Shown piece after piece: positions 7,793-17,293 of a stretch of 64,000 bases of DNA. The stretch comes from a virus, in IMG/VR virus record IMGVR_UViG_3300047319_000798, positions 1 to 64,000 of that record. The stretch is one strand, 5' to 3'. How positions within the stretch are numbered: position 1 is the first letter of the stretch; each line of letters starts with the position of its first letter. The notes below the pieces were generated by a model. The model did no database searches. It was not told the DNA's origin and saw only the letters and a list, made by a program, of their open reading frames with translations. Position numbers and translations under genes: made by a program.

Positions 7793-9416
7793 CAAGAACT
7801 CATACCTGGAGAGCACCGCGCTCGGAAACAGCCTTGAGGAAATCTTCCTCAGTGGCGACATTATCCCGGGCGACACGGTTAGCTACAGCGTCTGCAAGTC
7901 CATATTCCTTTACCATCCGCTGGGCTTCAAGATGGTCTGCGGCCCGCTCCAGCTGGCTATGTCTGAGGGGCGCGCGGTCACGGTTCCCAATTCCCCGGGC
8001 GAGCGGGTGGCGCAGGTCTTTCAGCAGCAGTGGGAAGAGATTAACGCCGACGCCTACATCTTCCAGACCATGGCCATGTCGCGGGTCTACGGGATTAGCT
8101 CCCTAGCCTTGTTGATCGATGGGGTCGCGCCAACTGAGCCGCTGGACCCCTGGTCATTGCCGGACGCCAATATCGCCTTCAACATTTATGATCCGCTTAA
8201 TACCAGCGGCAGCCTAGTGTTGAACCAGCAGCCGATGTCTATGGATTTTATGAAGGTCCAGGAGATATCGGTTCAGGGCAATGCTTTTCACCGGTCGCGG
8301 GCGATCACGGTTCAGAACGAGTTCCCGGTGTACATTGCCTGGAACCCATCGGCATTCGGCTTCGTGGGCCGGTCTGTTTATCAGCGGGCGTTCTTTCCGC
8401 TGAAGTCCTACTTGAAGTCTATGATCACTGACGACATGATCGAGACTAAGGTTGGCGTGATCGTTGCTAAGATCAAACAGGCTGGGTCGATTGCCAATGC
8501 GGTTATGAAGGCTAGCGCGGCCTTTAAGCGCAACGTGGTCAAGGAGGCGGAGACCGGTAATACAATCAACATCACGCCGGAAGAGGACGTGGTGTCGCTT
8601 AACCTCCAGAATATGGATGGGCCCCATGCGTTGGCACGGCGCAACATCCTTGAGAACATTGCGACGGCGGCGGACATGCCGATCAAGATACTGGCACAAG
8701 AAGCGTTTGTGGAAGGCTTTGGAGAAGGTACAGAGGACGCGCGGGCGGTGGCTCGTTATGTTGATCGGGTTAGGATCACCACCGATCCTTTGTACAGGTT
8801 TTTCGATAAGATTTGTCAATATAGAGCCTGGAGTCCGGCTTTCTTTGAGAGCATGCAACAGGATTTCCCGCAGACCTATGGCGGGATGACCTATCGCGAG
8901 GCTTTCTATAAGTGGTCCAATTCATTTACTACAGAGTGGCCGAGCGTACTTGAAGAGCCTGAGAGTGAGCTGGCACAGCTAGAGGATGTAAAGCTCAAAG
9001 CAGTGATCGCGTTGATCCAGGTGTTTGAGCCTATCCTTGACAGCTCCAACAAGCTTGTACTGTACGAATGGGCGGCGGATAACATCGCTACCAACAAGGT
9101 GATCTTTAGCTCGCCGCTGGAGTTTGATTTTGAACAGCTGTCAGAGCACCTAGCTGATAAGGAAGAGCAAGAACAGGACATCCAAGACGCCCAAACGGAG
9201 GGGTTCCAGAACATGGGCGACCCCGATCAAGCGGGCGGCGGCGCTGGCGCTGGTGGCAGCGTCGAAGTCCCAGTCAAGATGGGCAAGGCAGACGCGCTGG
9301 CGTCACGCTTCGACAAGGCGGCGGCGGCGCTGGCTAAGATATCGCCGGATGCTCAAGACGTGATCCCGATTGGCAAGCTGCGTGACGCGTTGCTCAACAA
9401 AAAGAGGCGACGATAA
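7785..9416 (+). CDS. portal protein (DUF1073-like)
   Basis: 543 aa after TerL; SRVYG, GFVGRSV, IATAADMP..IL, GFGEGTED motifs. Confidence 0.85.
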   Translation: MPDKNSYLESTALGNSLEEIFLSGDIIPGDTVSYSVCKSIFLYHPLGFKMVCGPLQLAMSEGRAVTVPNSPGERVAQVFQQQWEEINADAYIFQTMAMSRVYGISSLALLIDGVAPTEPLDPWSLPDANIAFNIYDPLNTSGSLVLNQQPMSMDFMKVQEISVQGNAFHRSRAITVQNEFPVYIAWNPSAFGFVGRSVYQRAFFPLKSYLKSMITDDMIETKVGVIVAKIKQAGSIANAVMKASAAFKRNVVKEAETGNTINITPEEDVVSLNLQNMDGPHALARRNILENIATAADMPIKILAQEAFVEGFGEGTEDARAVARYVDRVRITTDPLYRFFDKICQYRAWSPAFFESMQQDFPQTYGGMTYREAFYKWSNSFTTEWPSVLEEPESELAQLEDVKLKAVIALIQVFEPILDSSNKLVLYEWAADNIATNKVIFSSPLEFDFEQLSEHLADKEEQEQDIQDAQTEGFQNMGDPDQAGGGAGAGGSVEVPVKMGKADALASRFDKAAAALAKISPDAQDVIPIGKLRDALLNKKRRR

Positions 9417-9925
9417 TGGCCGTTCACCAGCCAGTTGAATACAAGATTGTCCAAGTTACATTGCCGGCAGACGATGACGAGCTGACTGTTTTGTTGAACG
9501 ACATGGGTGCAGACGGGTGGGTGTTGATCTTCCCCACCACCTTCAACACCAGCCGCCTCTGGTTCATGCGCGACACGGACCCGCCACCGACGCGACCGCC
9601 AGAGATTGTCGATATTCCCTACGCAATGGGGCCGACCGGCCAGCCGACCGCCTTTGTCGGCGAGAAGATTACCGTCACCGATGGCAATTGGGAAGGCGAG
9701 CCGCACACCAAAGAATATCTGTGGAAGCGGCGGGCGGCGGGCGGCAACGTCAATGCGTTGCCCGGCGCGACCACCAATGAATATATCGCGACCAATCAGG
9801 ACGATAACTGCGGGTTGTTCTGCGTTGTCAAGGCGATCAATGCGCTTGGCCCCGGCTATACCGAGAGTAACGAGGTCGCGGTGACCAAGACCATAGTGGC
9901 GAAGGGGGTGCGTGATGGCCGCTAA
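9416..9925 (+). CDS. Ig-like domain virion protein
   Basis: VGEKITVTDGNW...YLWKR...GAT..EY...D..CGLFCVVKAIN pattern. Confidence 0.6.
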   Translation: MAVHQPVEYKIVQVTLPADDDELTVLLNDMGADGWVLIFPTTFNTSRLWFMRDTDPPPTRPPEIVDIPYAMGPTGQPTAFVGEKITVTDGNWEGEPHTKEYLWKRRAAGGNVNALPGATTNEYIATNQDDNCGLFCVVKAINALGPGYTESNEVAVTKTIVAKGVRDGR

Positions 9926-10262
9926 CAGCATCACTTCAGCGCAGGTTGGCACCGCTGTTGTGGCGGTGGCGGGCAGCCTGAAAGGGCTGGCGGTTACGCT
10001 GCCGATTGCGGCCAATGCTGATACCAAGACCCCGTTGATCCTGCTCGACTCAACAACTGGGTCTGGAGTGATCCTGTTTTCGGCTTTTCTTTCGGACCTT
10101 CAGTCGTTCATGTATGCGCTTAAACCGGCTAGCGTTCCACAGCCACCGGCTAGCCCCACGGCGCCAGTGGCGGGAACCGTGTTCACGGGGGTGTTACCCT
10201 TTACCCAAGGGCTGTATGTTAAGAGCTGTCCAGCCAATATGACGGTTACGGCCACCACATGA
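9912..10262 (+). CDS. hypothetical beta-rich virion protein
   Basis: Coupled ORF in head module, Thr/Ala/Val-rich. Confidence 0.6.
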   Translation: MMAANSITSAQVGTAVVAVAGSLKGLAVTLPIAANADTKTPLILLDSTTGSGVILFSAFLSDLQSFMYALKPASVPQPPASPTAPVAGTVFTGVLPFTQGLYVKSCPANMTVTATT

Positions 10263-11128
10263 GTCTGCGTGACTTCCAGGCGGTGATCCGCGAGGCGGTC
10301 AAATATTTTAGCCAACACGGCTATACGTCTGAGCGGGCGCTGGACATTTGGTCAGAACGGATTGCTCAGGCGGCTAAGGAGACCCTGGTCAGCACCGAAG
10401 AAGCTAGTGCCCAGATAGCCCGACATCTAGCGGCGGTCTATGCCCGAATGACTCGTAAGGTGCCCAAGCACCTACAGGCGCTACAGAAGACACGATATGG
10501 GGCACGAATGGGGCCGGAGATGTACTTTCGCCGGGTGTCCACGTTTCCCGAGCTGGTGTACAAGATGCGTAATGAATTAGACCGGCGGATTGCTGCCAGT
10601 GCCGATCTGATCAAAATCCGGCGTGAGGAGAGCCTGGCAGCGACCATGCGTCGGTGGAGGGGTTGGGCGAGCAGCGTTCCTCCCGGCGGCACGCCCACCC
10701 CTCCTAGTAACGAAACCAATTTGCTATTGAAGGATTTCAGGAAAGTTCGATTTGAAACTAATCGACTCAACATTGATCAAGGACATAAGCTCAATTCATC
10801 CCTCAACGCCACTCTCGCTGAGAGCACCGGCGCAATTGCCGGCTTATGGCATTCGAACTGGAAGCAGCTCAATTACAACTATCGCCCAGATCACAAGGAC
10901 CGTGATCTTAAGCTGTACACGATACGCGGCAACTGGGCGATGGTGCAGGGCCTCATGAAAGCGGGGCCGGACGGCTACGCCGATGAGATAACCCAGCCGG
11001 CAGAGGAAGTCTACTGCCGCTGTTGGTATCAGTACATCTACAACCTGGACCGGCTGCCTGAGGCCATGTTGACTGAGAAGGGTAAGAAGGCACTCCAAGC
11101 ATTGAGCGATATTGAATCAGCGGCCTAA
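10259..11128 (+). CDS. Mu gpF/SPP1 gp7-like minor head protein
   Basis: DQGHKL, W-H, RPDH, PAEEVYCRC motifs. Confidence 0.82.
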   Translation: MSLRDFQAVIREAVKYFSQHGYTSERALDIWSERIAQAAKETLVSTEEASAQIARHLAAVYARMTRKVPKHLQALQKTRYGARMGPEMYFRRVSTFPELVYKMRNELDRRIAASADLIKIRREESLAATMRRWRGWASSVPPGGTPTPPSNETNLLLKDFRKVRFETNRLNIDQGHKLNSSLNATLAESTGAIAGLWHSNWKQLNYNYRPDHKDRDLKLYTIRGNWAMVQGLMKAGPDGYADEITQPAEEVYCRCWYQYIYNLDRLPEAMLTEKGKKALQALSDIESAA

Positions 11129-11139
11129 AGGAGACACTC

Positions 11140-11541
11140 ATGGCTGAAGACAAGCAACCCGATAAGCCCGAGCGCCAGAAGATGGAGATGGGCGGCTCCG
11201 GCGTCGCCGAGGTTTCGTTCGCAGACGCTTTTGGCGGTGACGTCAAGATCAAGTCCGTGGTCTGGACCGCGACTGGTGCTGTGGCAGTGACCCCGGATGC
11301 GGACGACCCCACCACAGCCAACATATTCGCGTCGGGACCAGGCCCCGTGACGCTCACAGCAGTGGGCACGACCGAGACTGGCGCCTCAGCGACCGCGATC
11401 ACTGAGATCATGGTCATCGAGAAGGACGCGCCGGTTACGGGTGAAATTGAAGTCACGGTCAAGGCTGCCCCGGCTAAACCCAAGGCACCGGAGCCCAAGG
11501 CACCGGAACCGCCAGTACGGGGGCAGCCCGCGCATCGGTAA
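11140..11541 (+). CDS. Ig-like hypothetical protein
   Basis: GGAG SD; beta-strand pattern VVWTATG...GPVTLTAVG. Confidence 0.6.
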   Translation: MAEDKQPDKPERQKMEMGGSGVAEVSFADAFGGDVKIKSVVWTATGAVAVTPDADDPTTANIFASGPGPVTLTAVGTTETGASATAITEIMVIEKDAPVTGEIEVTVKAAPAKPKAPEPKAPEPPVRGQPAHR

Positions 11542-11993
11542 TGGCTACTCAGCTCACACCGAACTTCACCTTAGAAGAGTTCACCGACAGCCAGACGGCG
11601 GCGCGGCGCGGTATCCATAACGTGCCACGTCCGGCCAGTCAGGAGCACAAGAACCTTCAACGGATGGCCGAGGTTATGGAGCTGGTGCGTACCATCCTCG
11701 ACGGCCATCCTATTTTGATCAGCTCCGGCTATCGTAGCCCAAAGGTTAACACGGCGGTCAAGGGCAGTAAGAGCAGCGCCCATATCCATGGGTTGGCGGT
11801 TGACTTCAGCTGCCCGGGGTTTGGTACGCCAATTGATATCTGCAAGGCGCTAGAGCCGCACATGCGTGAGCTGGGTATCGACCAGCTGATTCATGAATTC
11901 AATACCTGGGTGCATTTGGGCCTGAGCGCGGGTGAACCGCGCCATATGGCGCTGACCATCGATAATCGGGGCACGCATCATGGGTTTGTCTGA
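11541..11993 (+). CDS. peptidase M15 family endolysin
   Basis: LTPNFTLEEF, ISSGYRS, SAHIHGLAVDF, WVHLG zinc-peptidase motifs. Confidence 0.88.
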   Translation: MATQLTPNFTLEEFTDSQTAARRGIHNVPRPASQEHKNLQRMAEVMELVRTILDGHPILISSGYRSPKVNTAVKGSKSSAHIHGLAVDFSCPGFGTPIDICKALEPHMRELGIDQLIHEFNTWVHLGLSAGEPRHMALTIDNRGTHHGFV

Positions 11994-12343
11994 TGCCCGA
12001 CAGCACCCAAGTCTCGTCGCCCCAGCTTCCCGGCGGTGTCATCGTTCCGCCGCCGCCGTTCAAGTTCGTCGATTATCCGGCAGCGTGGGCCGTCACCTTC
12101 GCGGTGGTTGGGTCGATCATCTTGTTGCTGGTCACAGCGCGGTTCGACAACACCAAGGGCGCGTTGACTATCAGCCTTCTGATCATCTTGGCGTTCATTG
12201 GCGTACTCTTCTACAGTGTGACCGTGACGGTGCCTCGCGACGAGACGACGGCGGCGGTGATTGGCGCTCTTACGGCGGCGTTCGGCGGCGTGATTACGTT
12301 CTGGCTTAAGAACCGGGGCGGAGGCGGTAATGCCCCTGACTGA
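11993..12343 (+). CDS. putative holin (3 TM)
   Basis: Three hydrophobic segments; directly after endolysin. Confidence 0.7.
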   Translation: MPDSTQVSSPQLPGGVIVPPPPFKFVDYPAAWAVTFAVVGSIILLLVTARFDNTKGALTISLLIILAFIGVLFYSVTVTVPRDETTAAVIGALTAAFGGVITFWLKNRGGGGNAPD

Positions 12344-12923
12344 AAAGGGCAAAGAGATCAAGAGTTCCATGACGGAACAGTACGGTCCCGAGAAGGGCGA
12401 GGAGGTCTTTTACGCCTCCAAGAACGCAGGAAGGATCAGTGGCGTGGACACGAAAGCCGATCAGCAAGCCCAACCCCAGGCTGCTCAGCCGAAGCCCCAG
12501 CCGCAAGCGGCCCAGCCTCAAGCACAGGGACAGGGGCAGCAGCAAGCCCAGCAGCCGCCGGTTAAGGAGACCAAGACCACGGTTAAGGAACCGGCGGGCG
12601 GCGCAGAGGGTGAGCAGAAGCAAGACCCCAAGGCCACGCTCAAGGCGGCTGAGGATGAACTGGACGCACTGGAGCGCGAGCAGGAGCAATCGGAAGAGGG
12701 CCTGGGTCGCCAGAACGCGATTGAGGACCAGAAGAAGATCATCCGCACGCTGCGCAATGAGATGCGTGAGACTGAGCACAAGGAGCGTATGGGCGTTGCT
12801 GATGCCGTAGAGAAGTTGGAGTATCTTCAAGACAGCACACTGCTCATGAAGCACATCGGCGACGCCTGTGACAAGCTGGCTGACCGGATGGATGCATTTC
12901 AGGCGAAATCAGCGCGGGCCTAA
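12330..12923 (+). CDS. head-associated hypothetical protein
   Basis: MPLTEKGKEI...VFYASKNAG N-terminus, Gln/Pro linker, coiled-coil C-terminus. Confidence 0.65.
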   Translation: MPLTEKGKEIKSSMTEQYGPEKGEEVFYASKNAGRISGVDTKADQQAQPQAAQPKPQPQAAQPQAQGQGQQQAQQPPVKETKTTVKEPAGGAEGEQKQDPKATLKAAEDELDALEREQEQSEEGLGRQNAIEDQKKIIRTLRNEMRETEHKERMGVADAVEKLEYLQDSTLLMKHIGDACDKLADRMDAFQAKSARA

Positions 12924-14134
12924 TGCTCAACGCTGCTGGGATCATCTTTCGCTCACCCCAGGGCCGCGTTCTATTGATGCGGCGCAAGGATGGGAAGTGG
13001 GACTACCCGGGCGGCGGCGCGGAGGGCGATGAGACGGCGGTTCAAACCGCCTTGCGTGAGGCGGTTGAGGAGACCAAATACTATCCCGGGCACGCGGGCC
13101 GGTTTCACGCGCGCCGGGTGCGCAATGGGGTCGATTACACGACCTTCCTTCGCGATTGTGAGGAAGAGTTCGTACCCAAGCTCAGCAATGAGCATACGGA
13201 TTACATTTGGATTGATCCTAAGCGGGTACTGACCCAAAGCATTAACGCCCGGGCCGACGATGCTGCGTGGGAGGAAAGCGATCACCCGCGCGATGAGGAC
13301 GGGAAGTTTGCGGGTGGTGGCGGTCATGTCTCCGCGACCCGGGGCGAGGGCGGCAAGCTAGAGGGCGCACCTGAGCATATCGCCAGCCTAAAGGTGCCGC
13401 CCGCATGGACCGATGTAACCTATGCTCAAGACCCGGGGGCTGCGCTCCTAGTCACCGGACGTGATTCTAAGGGGCGGCGGGTGTTCATCTATTCGGAGAT
13501 GCACGCCCAGAAGCAAGCGGCGCTCAAGTTCGCACGGATCAATGAGCTGGATCAACAGTTCAAAACGGTGGCGAAGCAGAACGCGGCGCTAGCCAAGACC
13601 GCCGGAAAGCGGGACGTGGCCGACTGTCTGGGGCTGATCATGGCGATGGGCATTCGGCCCGGCAGTGATCGCGATACCAAGGCGGCTAAGAAGGCTTACG
13701 GCGCGACAACGCTAGAGGGCCAACACGTAGTCACCGAGGGTGATACAACCTATCTGCGCTACACAGGTAAAAAGGGCGTGGACCTAAACCTGCCAGTACC
13801 CAAAGCGTGGGTTAAGGCACTACAGGAGCGGGCGGATAAGGCGGGGCCAAGCGGGCGATTGTTTGGTGGGGTGACCGATGCGATGTTGCGTGAGCACGTC
13901 CATAGTCTCGATGGTGGCGGGTTCACAACCAAAGATTTCCGCACCCATCTGGGTACGTCAACAGCCACCGAGCTGGTGGAGAGGATGGACGTACCCAAGA
14001 CCCAGGCGGAATATCGCAAGGCGGTTATGGAAGTGGCTAAGAAGGTGTCTTCTGTGCTAGGCAATACACCGGTGATTGCCCTCCAGAGCTACATCAATCC
14101 TAGTGTATTCGGGGCCTGGAAAGCTGCCGCATGA
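12923..14134 (+). CDS. NUDIX hydrolase - DNA topoisomerase IB fusion
   Basis: Nudix box GGGAEGDETAVQTALREAVEET; TopIB VPPAWTDV, GRDSKGR, catalytic R(GIRPG), K(GKKG), R(KDFRT), N(LGNT), Y(SYINP). Confidence 0.9.
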   Translation: MLNAAGIIFRSPQGRVLLMRRKDGKWDYPGGGAEGDETAVQTALREAVEETKYYPGHAGRFHARRVRNGVDYTTFLRDCEEEFVPKLSNEHTDYIWIDPKRVLTQSINARADDAAWEESDHPRDEDGKFAGGGGHVSATRGEGGKLEGAPEHIASLKVPPAWTDVTYAQDPGAALLVTGRDSKGRRVFIYSEMHAQKQAALKFARINELDQQFKTVAKQNAALAKTAGKRDVADCLGLIMAMGIRPGSDRDTKAAKKAYGATTLEGQHVVTEGDTTYLRYTGKKGVDLNLPVPKAWVKALQERADKAGPSGRLFGGVTDAMLREHVHSLDGGGFTTKDFRTHLGTSTATELVERMDVPKTQAEYRKAVMEVAKKVSSVLGNTPVIALQSYINPSVFGAWKAAA

Positions 14135-15462
14135 ACCAGGTCTTCTTTGGCGATGCTGAAAAGCCTCTGCCCGATTGGCGCAAGGAGCCGGATGAGCCGG
14201 ACCCGGACGATGAGGAGCTAGGGGCCACTCCACCGGATGTGGTGGCGATGCTAGGCTTCGATCCATTGGACGTGGCCCGGGCCGATGCGACATGGGAAGA
14301 GGGCGAACACCCGCGCGACGAGGGCGGCAAGTTTACCGCTGGGGGCGCGAGTCAGGCCCCGGGTGTATCTAAGCCCAAACCGGGCAGCTTTCTCTACACA
14401 GCCAAGCCGCTGCCTGAGCATGTAGAGCATAAATACAGGGAAGAGGTTCGACAGGTTAAGGCGCTGCAGCCTGAGTTCGTGGCTAAGATGCGCCAATATC
14501 ACGAATCACTCCAGGCGTTCAAGGGGCTAAAGGCGCGGGCCAATTCCCCAGAGGGTACGTGGGAGGATTGGGAAGCGGTTCAGGCTCATAAAGACCGCCA
14601 CGGACAGATTACCCGCGATATGTACAATATGGAGCCGCCCGGTTACTTCAAGAAAGTGGCGGCGCTAAGGAAGCACGACACCGATCTGCGGGTGATCGAG
14701 AGGACAGTCAAGCCGGTCAAGGCGGAGACCTTGAAGATAGCCAAGCAGTTGGGCTTTCCGCCGGAGCAGGTCAAGGTCCAGTATGAGGATCGTTTTTTCA
14801 CTCTTGCTGGGAAACAGCGCAATTACGCCGGTTCGGCGGATGTTTCGCAGGGCGGCAAGGGCAACATTACAATGTACGCCCGACAGCTGATCCCGGGCAA
14901 GACGGTGGCAGCGGTTGCGGCCCATGAGATACAACACATCCGCTATGCCAACTTCCAGCAGAAACGGCTAGAGCAATACAAAGAGGTTGTGCGCGAAGCC
15001 AGTCAACATGGGCCGATGGGTGATACCAACCCGATAATGGATTGGACCGGGGTGCTCAAGCCGCCCTATGATACAAAATACCCGGAATGGGCTGCCTGGG
15101 CCGCACAGAAGCAAGAATGGAAGAACGCCAAGGTGCCCGATGCGTTTAAGGGTGACAAGTTGTTGGCCGCGTCAGACGGGGTAACACCATACAGCGAGGA
15201 ATGGTGGGACAATTACCATAAGAACCCATCGTCCTCCACGTTTGAGTCAGCGGTCCATGAGACTTTAGCCGAGATGATGGCGCAGGAGTACAAGACCGGG
15301 TTTTTACCCAGCCACTATTGGTCGGGGCCGTTACCACGCCATAACCAGTCGCCTGAGTATCCAGAGGGCTTCGCCACCCACGAGGGGATTGAGGCGGTGG
15401 AAGAAGAGGGTACAAAAGCGTGGCGTAAGCTGTATGCAACCGTGAATGCGGCAGCCAAATGA
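14131..15462 (+). CDS. head-associated zincin-like metallopeptidase
   Basis: AAHEIQH (HExxH), VTPYS, HETLAE; N-terminal WEEGEHPRDEGGKF motif. Confidence 0.7.
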   Translation: MNQVFFGDAEKPLPDWRKEPDEPDPDDEELGATPPDVVAMLGFDPLDVARADATWEEGEHPRDEGGKFTAGGASQAPGVSKPKPGSFLYTAKPLPEHVEHKYREEVRQVKALQPEFVAKMRQYHESLQAFKGLKARANSPEGTWEDWEAVQAHKDRHGQITRDMYNMEPPGYFKKVAALRKHDTDLRVIERTVKPVKAETLKIAKQLGFPPEQVKVQYEDRFFTLAGKQRNYAGSADVSQGGKGNITMYARQLIPGKTVAAVAAHEIQHIRYANFQQKRLEQYKEVVREASQHGPMGDTNPIMDWTGVLKPPYDTKYPEWAAWAAQKQEWKNAKVPDAFKGDKLLAASDGVTPYSEEWWDNYHKNPSSSTFESAVHETLAEMMAQEYKTGFLPSHYWSGPLPRHNQSPEYPEGFATHEGIEAVEEEGTKAWRKLYATVNAAAK

Positions 15463-15668
15463 TAGAGCGCACGATCATTGATGGGCGCGTGGCCAGTGTA
15501 GCCTATCTGACCGATGACTTTCAACCGGCGGGTATTGAGACCGCTACCTTGCTTAAGATCATCTTTGATGATGGAATGGTTGCCTTTGCGCGGAACAGTG
15601 ATGCCGATCTGTCTGAGGCTGAGATGGATGAGCTCCTGGAAAGCCTGGGGCTGACGGATGAAGATTGA
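15459..15668 (+). CDS. small acidic hypothetical protein
   Basis: ATGA-coupled to the zincin gene. Confidence 0.6.
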   Translation: MIERTIIDGRVASVAYLTDDFQPAGIETATLLKIIFDDGMVAFARNSDADLSEAEMDELLESLGLTDED

Positions 15669-16374
15669 CCTGCTTCCCGGGGTGGAGGTTGCGTTACGCC
15701 GTCTGTCGATGACCGAGATGGACGTGGCGGAGGCGATACGGGATGGCGAGCTTGCCTCTCCGCAGCAGTTTGAGAACGCGACACTCGTAGACATGCGGAT
15801 CAGCGGGACTGGCATCTCGTATCGCCCTAAGCTCAAGGAGTGGGTGTACAGGCGACCGGAGATTTATCTGACTGATACATTCTTGAGACGGTGTCAGGGC
15901 ATTCCAGTCATCTATGAGCACCCTGATAACACGGTGCTGGATTCAAAGTCCTTTACCAAGCGCATCGTGGGCGTGATGCAGCTGCCCTACATAAAGGGCG
16001 AGGATGTCTGGGGCATTGCCCGGGTTTACGACAAGGAAACTGTTAACGAACTGACTAGCGAACCGCTATCCACGTCACCCAGTGTTGTATTCCGCGACCC
16101 GACAGTTAACTATGAGGTCGAATTGGATAGTGGGGAGACGCTGTTAGTGGAGGGTAATCCCAGCTACCTTGATCATCTGGCGATCTGTGCTAATGGGGTC
16201 TGGGATAAGGGCGGCGACCCCACAGGGGTTCGTGTAGACAGCGTTGATCCGCGCATGCTAGCGATTGCGGACAGCATCGACAATTTGGAGCGACGGTTAA
16301 CCCGTCATCTGATAACCCGGGCCGTTGGGCGTCTGGAACGGCGTATCGAGCAAGTGGAGGCCAACTATGGCTGA
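15658..16374 (+). CDS. DUF2213-like putative prohead protease
   Basis: YRRPE, GIPVIYEHP, STSPSV, DHLAIC..GVWDKGG; position before scaffold and capsid. Confidence 0.8.
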   Translation: MKIDLLPGVEVALRRLSMTEMDVAEAIRDGELASPQQFENATLVDMRISGTGISYRPKLKEWVYRRPEIYLTDTFLRRCQGIPVIYEHPDNTVLDSKSFTKRIVGVMQLPYIKGEDVWGIARVYDKETVNELTSEPLSTSPSVVFRDPTVNYEVELDSGETLLVEGNPSYLDHLAICANGVWDKGGDPTGVRVDSVDPRMLAIADSIDNLERRLTRHLITRAVGRLERRIEQVEANYG

Positions 16375-17257
16375 TCGTAAGGATGAAGGCGGTGGTGGCG
16401 AGCCCATCGATAAGGTGCTGTCGAAGCTCGACGCGCTAGGCACGCGCATGGATGCCTTGGAAACGGGTACAGGCCACAAGAACCCGCTCAAGGGTGACGC
16501 GGCTGAGGAAGACAAGGACAAGGAAGAGAAGGGCGACGAATTTCCGCCCAAGGACAAGGAAGAGAAGGACGACAAGAAGGGCGACGCCAAGAAGGACGAG
16601 GGCGAGCAGGAAGAGGGCAAGAAGCCCCCACCGGTTGCGGCCGACAAGAAGGGCGACGCGGGGTCCGCGCCTCCGGCGGCAGCCACCGTCGCGCCCGACA
16701 AGAAGGGCGATGCTGAAGAGGACAAGAAGGAGGACGAGCGGCGTGACGCCGCTATCGCGGACGCCGCCAGCCGCAACACCAAGCTGGAGCGTCAGCTGGA
16801 GGCCCAGGCCAAGGAAATTGTGCGCCTCACGGCTATGATGAAGCCGCGCAGCGATGATGAGCACGCCGCGTTCGCTGAGGCTCAGGCCAAGGCGGATAGC
16901 GTGTTTATGGGCTTCGGCAAGGCTGCGCCGCGCCCGCTGGAGGGGGAGGCGCTGATCAATTATCGTAAGCGCTTGGCCACTCTCCTCAAGCCCCATTCAG
17001 CAATCTGGAAGTCGGTCAAGTTCAGCCAGCTTCCGGAGGAGGCGTTCTCCATTGCTGAAGCTCAGGTCTATTCGGATGCGGCGGTAGCAGCCGCGTCCCC
17101 GACCGATCTGGGCGACGGGGAGCTGCGCGAGGTTAGCCGCACCGACCCGCGTACCGGCCAGAAAACCAATGTGTTCTATGGTCGTGACAGCTTCGTCAAG
17201 AGCATGGGACGCCCTGCGCGCCGGGTGGCCAGCTTCCGCACCCAGTTCCCCAACTAA
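16367..17257 (+). CDS. capsid scaffolding protein
   Basis: GGAGG SD; highly charged low-complexity N-half with repeated KGDA; APRPLEGE...YRKRL. Confidence 0.75.
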   Translation: MADRKDEGGGGEPIDKVLSKLDALGTRMDALETGTGHKNPLKGDAAEEDKDKEEKGDEFPPKDKEEKDDKKGDAKKDEGEQEEGKKPPPVAADKKGDAGSAPPAAATVAPDKKGDAEEDKKEDERRDAAIADAASRNTKLERQLEAQAKEIVRLTAMMKPRSDDEHAAFAEAQAKADSVFMGFGKAAPRPLEGEALINYRKRLATLLKPHSAIWKSVKFSQLPEEAFSIAEAQVYSDAAVAAASPTDLGDGELREVSRTDPRTGQKTNVFYGRDSFVKSMGRPARRVASFRTQFPN

Positions 17258-17293
17258 AGGGGGAACTGGCCCTCTAATACAGGAACCAATCTC

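Noticed and set aside
7785-9416. Anti-CBASS Acb1 label sometimes attached to DUF1073 proteins
   Set aside because: Size and position after TerL indicate portal; no paired HxT 2H-phosphoesterase motifs noticed.
13330-14134. Tyrosine integrase / prophage evidence
   Set aside because: Motifs PPAW, GRDSKGR, KDFRT, LGNT, SYI are those of TopIB; no att sites or host genes seen.
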